Shown here one piece after another: positions 54,598 to 64,000 of a stretch of 64,000 bases of DNA. Position numbers and translations under genes: made by a program. Source of the DNA: Paraphysomonas bandaiensis. Lineage: Eukaryota; Protista; Chrysophyceae. How positions within the stretch are numbered: position 1 is the first letter of the stretch; each line of letters starts with the position of its first letter. The notes below the pieces were generated by a model. It had not been told where the DNA came from and searched no databases. It saw nothing but the letters and a program-made list of their open reading frames with translations. The DNA is taken from assembly GCA_965644295.1 (NCBI GenBank), contig CBFFRP010000217.1, forward strand, positions 372,001 to 436,000, read 5' to 3'.

Positions 54598-56340
54598 ATG
54601 GACCCTCCTGAAAATGAGTTGGATATTGTCAAAAGGAAGATTGCTGCTATAGAAGTGAAGCTTGCCAGAGCAGAAGCAGAAAGAGACAACGAGCTTATCG
54701 TGGTGTATGAGAAACTTCTTGCGGGTCTGCAGGAGGAAGAGAACATTCTCTCTCAAGCAGCAGGTGAGCTCATTGATTCCAATTCATGTGCCACCATTTA
54801 ACAGCTACTGTTTTCCTCAAAAATATTTACGGCCGTAGAAAGAATCCGCATATCTACTATTGATATTCTTTTGAGCAAAATGGAGACAATGTCAACCGAA
54901 GTTGTCAGCAAAATGGAGACAATGTCCGGGGTTGTCAGCAAAATGGAGACGATGTCCGGGGTTGTCAGCAAAATGGAGACAATGCCAACCGAAGTTGTCA
55001 GCAAAACGGAGACAATGTCAACCGGGGTTGGCAGCAAAATGGAGACAATGTCAACCGGGGTTGTCAGCAAAATGGAGATAATGTCCGGGGTTGTCAGCAA
55101 AATGGAGACAATGTCTGGGGTTGTCAGCAAAATGGAGACACTGTCCGGGGTTGTCAGCAAAATGGAGACAATGTCCGGGGTTGTCAGCAAAATGGAGACA
55201 CTGTCAACCGAGATTTTCAGCAAACTGGAGACACTGTCAACCGAGATTTTCAGCAAACTGGAGACAATATCAGCCGGGATTGAGGCTTTGCTTAAATATA
55301 ACGAGGATAAGAAATCTGTCTCTGGTAGTGAGTGTAGGATTTCTCATTACTATAATTTTGGCTTTGGCGAATTGACACCCCCATTTGCCAAAAATGCCCT
55401 TGACTATGCTGCCACCAGACAAGAGTTTTTACAAATTAAGACATGTGTTACGCAGTATACTCAAAGAATAAGATGTTTATATCGTGCCAAGAAAACAGAT
55501 GAGGTTATGTTTGTGCAGCCCTTGTCCCGTAATTTGTTGAAAGAGCTGGCGCAAGCAGTTGGCATGGGAGGCGATACAGAGGTGCAGCACAAAAATCACA
55601 GCCTTGCTGTTGAATATGACAGCAAAGAATATCACATTCATGGTGAAATGGACGCTGGATTGTTTTTGAAAGGCACACGTGTCTGTCTGTGCCCGTGGGA
55701 AGACAAGGATATGAGTAACGAATGGTCTTGGAAATACGTGACACAATGTGCTGCTGAGATGGCGGGCAAATTAGAGCACTTAAAATCTGGATATGATTTT
55801 ATCCCAAAACGATATTGTGGTATTGTAACTAACGGAAGATGGTGGGTGATAGTTTTCAGATATATCAACAGCGAAGGACGAAGGTTTTGGCTGCACACAA
55901 CTCCAATTCAAGCCATTGATATCGCCGGGAATATTATACCTCGAGGTGTTTATCAAGTAATAATCCTTCTGTTTCATGCAATGATGATTTCCAAGGAGGT
56001 GATGAAGGCGCTGTTCGTCCAGATAAGAAGTATTTTTGATGTAGAAAAATCTGGTCGCCATATCGACAAGTATAGCCCGCGTGAAGACGCATCGAGTGAT
56101 GATGACGATGTGAAGACACACTCGAGTGAAGGAGGGAACATCGCTCGGCCCAATGAGAGGGGTCGACATGGTGAGAATGGGGGGAAGCAGAGTGGTGGGC
56201 ACCAGCATGCTGGACAAAAGTATGCATTGCAGGATATTGGCAATACATGTAGTCCTTTGACTGTAAGCAACATCGCTGCCCACGGGAAATTAGTGCCAAA
56301 AAAGAATGTATTTACTGAAATTGGTCTGCGTGACTATTGA
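54598..56340 (+). CDS. Crinkler-type effector-like protein: helical header + repeat stalk + PD-(D/E)xK nuclease fold
   Basis: Intron 54764-54838 joins the ORFs in frame; GEMD...WEDK...Q..AE...GIVTNGRWW. Confidence 0.75.
54874..55280 (+). repeat. Coding minisatellite, 13 units of 30/33 bp (SKMETMS[T]GVV)
   Basis: Read directly. Confidence 0.95.
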
Positions 56341-56791
56341 TGGGATATCTAGATGTAATCTAACAGTTTATGTATCTCTTGCTTCTCATTAGATTATGAG
56401 GGAATGTCAGAATGCCATGCGGTGGTATACCGGTTTAAAATACATAATTCAGAAACTTGATATATTTATATTTAGTAATATATAAAATGTTTTCCTTTTT
56501 CTCTTCAAAAACTTTAAACAAAAGAGCTGGACAAGGTAAAACTCTTACTTTAAAATAGTTAAAATCCTTGGCCAATACAGTAGCCGTAACTACATCTGGA
56601 TCTAAAGAAGTTATAGCCACAAGGATTCTCAAGTTGAGAGGTCACCTAGGTCCCAAATCACAAGGGGGGTTAACCATATTACAAAAGGAACTTCTAAATA
56701 ATAGTACAATAAGCATTTAACTCAAGTAAGAATGATTACACAACAATTGGTGTACTAACGGTAGAATTTAGTTTAACAGCAATCATGCTTA

Positions 56792-57107
56792 TGTTGGAAT
56801 ACGTATGGTTCTCTAAGATAGTACTGTAGAATACGTTAAATACAATGTGAAAAAACAGTAATATACGTAGTCAATAGTCAAAAGAGCTATATAGCTATAA
56901 CTGTGAAACTGAAGTATTATATCATGACGATTCAAGATACGGAAGTTGAGCAGTGGTTGACATGAACGAAATAATTTATTATGTATGTGTTACATGACAA
57001 CACACACAATTGTGTAATCAATTATAATAAAGTAATCTATCCAGTTTGACTAACTTAAACTTCTCTTACAACGATCTTAATCATCTGAAAATGGTCAATT
57101 ATCAATA
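56792..57107. mobile_element. Solo LTR, copy 4
   Basis: TGTTGG...TCAATA, TSD GCTTA. Confidence 0.85.
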
Positions 57108-57284
57108 GCTTAGTCTAACAAAAAATTCACAGGAAAGTTACTCTCCCAATTTCGGGTTCGACGAAGGTTGAAAAATGGTTTTAAAATATTACATATATAA
57201 ATATTCGTCGTTATTTCATTATAAACAGTAATAACACAGGGGGTCGGTCATACAGATGGATTGATGATATGTGGTGGTATACCC

Positions 57285-58326
57285 CTAAAGATGGCGCCCT
57301 CCCCATGTGTAAAATCCAGGCTTCTCTTGTGATGTGGATTGCTCTTCTTGTGTAGAAATTTGCCCCACATTATGTGGAGTACATCTTGTTCTGATTTCTT
57401 CTAAAAGTGTTTCACGTAGAATATCGATGTCGGTACTAGTTATTGGCACCGCGCCATTACCTGTAAACTTATCAAGCATTCTCGTACACAATGCTTCCGG
57501 TAATGTCGTATGCATTTCTCGCATATCTCTAGATAAGTTCCCGACATTTGCTTCCAGCGACGACATACGATTAGCTAGAATCACATTGGGTGGAACACCA
57601 GTAGCATTCATTCTTGACACATCATTTCGAAACACACCAGTTAATACTTTCGGTCGTAGACGTTGTAGTATACCACTTGCCAATATTAATGGTCAGTGCA
57701 TCCTCCTCCCAAGATATATGATCGTACATTATATGTGCAACTGTTACAGATCTTGCTATCAAATTCCAGCATAGCAATAAATAGGACAAGCAAAATGTAT
57801 ACAGTCCAAAGTCATGGTCCTGTTTAGCTGCTTTCTCTGCAAGAAATATGTACCCTTTCATGGTCATTGCAGCCTTGCCTTCTCGTGAAGGTAATAAGCC
57901 ACGCTGCTTAAGGTCAGCAACCTTCCTCTTGAATCTCTCGAGAGTTTCCTTAAAAATACTCTCTATTTCCGGTGAAGGGTTCATTCGCTTTTCCGTGTAC
58001 ATATTCTTAAGAGCACTTCGATGTCCATTAACGTGTGCAAACGAGTAATATTGTGGAGGGTCATAGTACAGACCAGTGCGGCTGTCTATTTTAAGAAGCA
58101 CATGAGCCATGTACTTTTCCATGACTACGTCAGGTATCGGTAGTATTGGTGTGAGCTTGTCACCGTTGTCTCTTTCCACGCAGGCGGGGTAATGCTCATC
58201 AAGCCAATGTGCAAAGGCCCTGACCCTGTCTGCATATTGCCTGCGGGTGCTATCCGTTAACCGCATCTGCTTGGTTTGCTGTGCAATCTCATCTCTGAAC
58301 TCACTTTGCTCTCTAATAATATCCAT
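57285..58326 (-). pseudogene. Crypton-type tyrosine recombinase with internal deletion
   Basis: STRRQY..., RSALK, EGKAAM, LLLCWNLIARS, HISWEED, then a jump to another frame at ~57690 into ATGVPP...YTWGGR; HxxR and catalytic Tyr region absent. Confidence 0.8.
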
Positions 58327-58626
58327 TGTGCTTGGTTTGTTCTAAGTTCTTTGTTCTTGCAGTTTATGGGCATTGGTGTTGTATGGTTTGAATGGCGATA
58401 CAGTAGTGGCCAAACGGTAAAAAAATGCCGAACAATAATGTGTTCGTAAAATCGAGATATTCTAGATATCATAATTATACGGTGGAGATAAACCGATTTT
58501 CCGAACATTTACTGTTCGGCAAGTCTGTTATACGGTGATCCAAATATTCGTAAAAGTGGGATATTTTCATATATGGATATGTACATCTTGAAAAATAGGC
58601 ACTAAAAAATAAAGCAAAAAGAAATT

Positions 58627-58710
58627 TGCATTCGGTGGGATTCGAACCCACGCAGCCGTTCGACTACTGCAACTTGAGTGCAGCTCCTTAGACCACTCGG
58701 ACACGAATGC
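58627..58710 (-). tRNA. tRNA-Leu(CAA), identical inverted copy
   Basis: Exact reverse complement of 54063-54146. Confidence 0.97.
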
Positions 58711-59750
58711 CTTTGATGACATCAATGCATAATTTACTATATATATATCTATACACTAATATCTGTGTATATAGTAGAGACGGGCAGAGTGGTGTGCTTT
58801 AAGGTGGACATCGGACGATATGCACAATCTATTGGCAATCTATTGGCAATCTATTGAGATATATTGGAAGCCGAGGTTACTCATGCATACCACTTAATGA
58901 AAACCAGTCCCTATTATGATATGATATCAGAGCATTCAAACAGAGTATAAGAAACTGTATATGGGTCACAAGGGGAATAGAGTCTGTGTATGGACTCTCA
59001 CCGTATGAAAGACTCCTCCATATCAGATCTGACTGTTACAAGTTGCTCCATATGTTTGAATCTATCTCTAATAGAGACATTATCACGTGCTGCTTCTTGT
59101 CCAGTGCATTAGTATGGAGTTGGTTTCCCATGAAAATCGTCTTCATATTTCCCTGTACTTTGAGTTTTGATGATACATATAAGACTGTGAGATAAGTTAA
59201 CTCACTTGTCTATGTATTAAGTGTAAGAAATCTCATTAAGACAGTGGTAATCGTTCCACATTACTCGTCATCGTGAAGTTCACTGAAGTTGCTGTCTCTA
59301 CAAACACATCGTACGCAGTAATGTTGAAGTATTGATTACCTATTCGTACTATTCATGCGGTATCTATATCTGTATTTGAATTATTATTCATGCTGCTGAG
59401 CCTATTATTTCAACGTCTTGTAGGAGTATCCACCCTGAGGCTCCTAGTATAGTATTATTCTGAAAGCTTACCCACACATATGGCCATATGGATGCATATT
59501 TAAGTTAATTTTGAGTGGAATTAGTAATGATGAGCATAGTACATGAGTTTACTACAGATGATAAAGGTGAGAGCGTCTTTTTATGAACAATTGATACCAC
59601 AGCAACGCTCATATCTTCGGCACTCTACGCATTTTACGAATCACATTGATTTCAATTTTAATGTCAGGCAGAAAAAATCGGTAGTGGGTCGACTATAGTA
59701 ACATTGACTATTGACTATAAGTAATGAAGAGTCTGAAGTTTTATAAGTAA

Positions 59751-60276
59751 TGAATGTCTTATTATTAGCAATAGGCGTTTAAGAGTCATAACTAGTGAAC
59801 TAGTGTAGCAAAACAATTTAACTTACTAGTTACTAGTGCATAACTCTGATGTCCTCCTATTTAACGCAACGAAAGCTGCTTGTGTATCACAGCAACCACT
59901 TCTGCTCTATCGCTCAAAACAAACGCAGTGAGAAAGCAGAGTGTTGATATACGTGACATCTGCTGACTTCAGAATTATTTGAGTTCTTATGGTAAACAGC
60001 CCGGATGCTTGACTTCAGCAGGCAGCCCAGTATCCCAGATGCCCTTGAGGCGATCCCTGTCCCGTATGCCTGTTTATTCGTCAAGGCTCAACGACGTTTA
60101 CACAAGTGACACTTGTATTAGTTTCCCTTGTACCCACACAAGTACATTAAGCTATGAGTGGGCAGAACAATATCTGCTGACCATATATGGGGTTCACGTT
60201 AATTTCCTGGAGAAATAGCTCCGGTACTTATCCCCTAGAACACCATGAAAAGGTTCGAGTCCGGAGTTGTTGAGGG
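59751..60276 (-). mobile_element. Modular retroelement (head + linker + 3' module + tail)
   Basis: Begins CCCTCAACA, ends TAATAATAAGACATTCA. Confidence 0.8.
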
Positions 60277-60768
60277 TGAAAAATATATTAGTTTTTGAAA
60301 AGAATGTTTTAATCTAGTCAGACCAATGCCTTATTGTTCATTTATGATAAAATACTTTAGTAAACAGTTTGGAATTCACATGTACCTATATATGTATCAT
60401 ACACGTAATACAACAAGATCTAATGCAATAACAATTGCCTGATTATCATCAGACTAAATAATATACACCACAGTTCAAGGTATGTTATCATATGATTGGT
60501 TTTAAAGCTCCTTGTAATCACGTGTCGCTATTTACTCTTAGTCCTTATTCATTCACATGAAGTACTCAATCATTCTCACTTAACAAATACAATTTACTTT
60601 ACTTGCATCCAACAATAAATCTTATATAAAAGTGTGTACTACATTTACTTTCACCAGCATTTCTTGTTAACTAATACAAAAATTGTTGTCGCAAAGTGTT
60701 GACGTATAAATCTTCTTCGTAACGTGGTAGACATCAACGTAATAGTATACGCTGTAACCCCTTGGTAA

Positions 60769-61078
60769 TATATTATATTGAAAGTCTTATTATTAAGGTG
60801 AACATCCCGGATGCTTGACTTCAGAAGGCAGCCCAATACCCCCGTTACCCTTCAGGTGGGCCTTGTCCCGGATGCCTGTTTCTTCTTCAGGGCCCAAAGA
60901 CGTCTAAACAAGTGACACTTATTGGTGTCCCTTGTACCACACAAGAATTCGGCAATGAGTGGGCAGAAGAATATCTGTTGACTATGCTTGCGGCTCACGT
61001 TAGTTTCCCAGAGAGAATCTCTCTGGTACTTATCCCACAGAATACCACGAAAAGGTGCGAGTCAGACTATGTTGAGGG
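60769..61078 (-). mobile_element. Minimal modular retroelement (head joined directly to tail)
   Basis: Begins CCCTCAACA, ends TAATAATAAGACTTTCA; 13-bp TSD with 2 mismatches (60756-60768 and 61079-61091). Confidence 0.8.
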
Positions 61079-61521
61079 AACCACCTGGTAAGGGTCAGGA
61101 GGTAGGAGGCAGTAAAAAGTACAATAAAACCACCTAGTGTCTGTCAGCAAAGTTATGCTATTCTCATATTGATGACAAGTAGCAAGCTAATAAACCAAGA
61201 GGTTAGCGTATTAGTATTCGATGACAAGAAATTAGAAATTAAAATAGCTGTTATGACGTGCCATTCTAGATGAAAAGTTAATGGGATTGTGGTGTAGTGT
61301 CGCCCATCATGTTACAACTTTGTTGATTACAAGCAACTGTGTAGTAATTTTTACCTTATTTACAAGACTTTGACTTTTATTTAGAAGGCTAAAACTCATC
61401 TAGCAAAGCGCTCTTGTATCAACAGCAGATAGTTGTCGAGCTACTCGAGAAGTAAACGCATTAGCGACGCACTATTGTACATTAGTATATCACGATATCG
61501 ATTATCATTACTGTTAGGTCA

Positions 61522-62731
61522 CCCTCAACAAAGTCGGACTCGCACCTTTTCGTGGTGTTCTGGGGGATAAGTACCGGAGATATTTCTCCGGGAAACTAAC
61601 GTGAGCCGCATATACAGTCAGCAGATATATTGTTCTGCCCACTCATAGCCAAATGCTTGTGTGGTACAAGGGACACTAATAAGTGTCACTTGTGTAGACG
61701 TCTTTGGGCCCTGACGAATAAACAGGCATCCGGGAATGGGCCCACCTCAAGGGCATCCGGGATAGGGCCCACCAGAAGGGTAACCGGGGTATTGGGCTGC
61801 CTGCTGAAGTTAAGCATCCGGGATGTTCACCTTAAGAACTCAAAACACCTGAAGTCAGCAGATGTCAGGTATATCAACATTCTGCTTGCTCCCTGCGTTT
61901 GCTTTGAGTGATTGATGCTGAGTATGAGTTCACATTATTCGGTATCTGTGTGGCCGGCCAATGACCGAGGTAATGCGTCAAACTTTCCTCATGGATGCAT
62001 GGCAATGGCAATGATGTGATTAGACCTGTCATGTCTTCTCACACGTCTACTGCCTAGTCTTGGTTTCTCCTGACCCAGGTCATTGAGATTATATCAAGGC
62101 TCTGGCACTGTTCTCCAAGCAGTGTCAGGTACATTTGTGGTGCTTTTATGTTATTCTTGCTTAGTAGTTTTTCATCCGAGCGGGGAAGGTGCACGGTTTC
62201 CTACTAGTGTAAGTCACTCGGGAGAAGAGTGCAAGGTGGATGCATGTGCTGGATGAGTGCACACAATGGAGGGAAGACATTGGAGTCAGCTTGAATTTGT
62301 AACAGATTTTGGTAGATGTCTGTTTCATGCGTCAGTGTGCAAAACTGCACCAGTGAGACCGCTTCGTGACCGTGGGAGGACCCGGCGCTAGTGCTACTTT
62401 ATTCTCCCTTCCAGACTACCTGCTGCTGTGAACACCACCTTGAAGAGGGCCCTAAAGATCTGCCGCATATACAGGAGACATATGCCGAAGACACCGACCG
62501 CAAGTTGTTTGTGTTAGGACAAGTAGATTGGGCAGGAGCGTATGATCCGGCTTAAACACGCAACTCGTCGTATGCCCATGTAGCTAACTAAATCGTGTTG
62601 TATAGTTGAGCACTTGTCGGTGCATGCAATAGTAACTAGATGAGAGTCATGTTATGCATAGTATCGCGCGAGTTGTTAGGTTGGTCGCGGCAACGCACAA
62701 GCTTGCGCTTCTTAATAATCAGATTTTCAAT
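61522..62731 (+). mobile_element. Long (1.2 kb) modular retroelement
   Basis: Begins CCCTCAACA, ends TAATAATCAGATTTTCAAT; exact 15-bp TSD ATTACTGTTAGGTCA (61507-61521 and 62732-62746). Confidence 0.88.
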
Positions 62732-62932
62732 ATTACTGTTAGGTCATTATTGTAGAACATGCATGTGATACGGCATGATAAAGAAACATGTCAAAGCATC
62801 ACGTGTTTCGAATTTCGTTTTTTCTGCAATCATTCCTACACACCTACTAGATGACTAATTGCTATGTAATGACACAAAAATACAGCAGTAAAACTCATGC
62901 TCATATACGTTGAATTGACACTACCACTACAA

Positions 62933-64000
62933 CTACACAAATATATTTAGATTTTGGGGAAGTCGGACTTGATCAAGAGGTTTGTTGGGATCAAGATCTT
63001 CAGTGTTCGAGTACCCCATGGCACTGGCAATAAACCCGCGTAGTGATATTGTGGTCACATCAATTCCATATTCCGCCAGTTCATCCTAGGAAAAATGGTT
63101 AATATATCTGGTGTAAAATATGGCTATTATAGCTCAGAGCAAATATAACCCCCAAAAATGAAGCAACATTATACTCCGATATTGAAACAAAATAAAATAA
63201 ATACAACAGCACATCAAGCATTTATATCACAAATCCTAGCATATGAAGAACTCACCCTAATCCTGTTCTCAATAGAAGAAATTGAATCATGCGTATGTAT
63301 CGATATGGGCCCAACTTCAACATCCTCTTCTGTGTCTATTTTGCTCTTGGGTAGAATTAGTTTGAGTAGGGTTGTAGAACCACATGGACAGCTATCATTA
63401 GCACTAGGAGGGGCAGGCTTGGGAGGTGGGTCTCTTTCGGCTTCATTCGCATCAAAGAGCAAATCTACACGAGAATATTTTACAATTCAGATAGGCAGAT
63501 TCATCAACACATAATACTAAACATACGGCATCATGTATTTTTGTGACGACCACATATATACACAGCTCCACGTATGCTAATAGCACCAGGTTGTGTGGAG
63601 GATAACCAAACTAACATCCACTACCTACCATCCAGAATTTCGGTAGCACGCTCATGCAGTGTGGCGCGTTCAATTGCGGCTGAATATATCCCTGGTAAGA
63701 AATCATTGGAGATGTGTTCTCGAGTAGGATCCTTCCATGTTCCATCTTCATACAACTGAGACGTAATATCTTCCACCATTGACGGTAGCAGTTGCAATAT
63801 CGCCTGACGTGCAGTAACCTTTGTACGTGCCTGATCCTCTTGAGCCTGCTTCTCACGTAAACCTTTCAGAGCTAAGTCTTTAATACATGCATCAGCGATA
63901 GATTCTTGTTCTCGTTTCTTAGCCCACTGTGCCTCCACATGCTTTTCCTGGTGAAAACGCTCAACTTCAGCTTGTAGATTCATCAGTTCTTCCTCACGTT
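62933..64000 (-). CDS. Radial spoke protein 3-like, 3' part, multi-exon
   Basis: EEEL...coiled coil...KVTARQAILQLL...GTWKDP...NDFLP resembles the RSP3 domain end. Confidence 0.55.

Noticed and set aside
54798-55256. Antisense 152-aa repeat ORF
   Set aside because: Shadow of the coding minisatellite
54874-55280. CRISPR-like array
   Set aside because: Units are contiguous in-frame coding repeats with no unique spacers and no cas genes
56655-56675. piggyBac-like end GGGGGG-TTAA after the nuclease gene
   Set aside because: No matching left end found in the window
54063-58710. Classical attL/attR prophage-like integration
   Set aside because: The tRNA copies are full length and inverted, not a direct partial duplication, so the standard integrase model does not fit as is
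60251-60265. Pol III B-box GGTTCGAGTCC implying a tRNA-derived SINE
   Set aside because: Present in one copy only, antisense to the element, with no A-box
61700-61730. Hammerhead ribozyme core (CTGACGA...AAAC) in the retroelement head
   Set aside because: No stem II and GAAA is not conserved among copies; it folds more simply as a CCTG/CAGG hairpin

Overview
Eukaryotic, intron-rich nuclear DNA from a flagellated protist (RSP3-like and CYB5D1-like genes), most likely a stramenopile/ochrophyte (inferred from gene content: Crypton-type recombinase, Crinkler-type REase, 7TM-kinase fusion). It holds about 19 host genes, arranged largely as head-to-head pairs around (TATG)n/GTAC-rich promoters. 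Mobile DNA includes an apparently intact, intron-containing pogo transposon inserted in a (TATG)n microsatellite, a rearranged second pogo copy, four solo LTRs with 5-bp TSDs and non-canonical TG...TA ends, and a modular family of non-autonomous non-LTR retroelements with a shared CCCTCAACA head, a shared TAATAATMAGACTTTCA tail and 12-15-bp TSDs. The most striking structure is a 4.6-kb island bounded by two identical, inward-facing tRNA-Leu(CAA) genes. It encloses a repeat-stalked PD-(D/E)xK nuclease gene and an internally deleted Crypton tyrosine recombinase. Unusual host architectures include 7TM-TKL kinase-PAS, Orai-like 4TM-PH, an SBP-like zinc finger and a SAP-containing INCENP. All calls come from motif reading by eye with no database searches, and exon boundaries are approximate unless stated.
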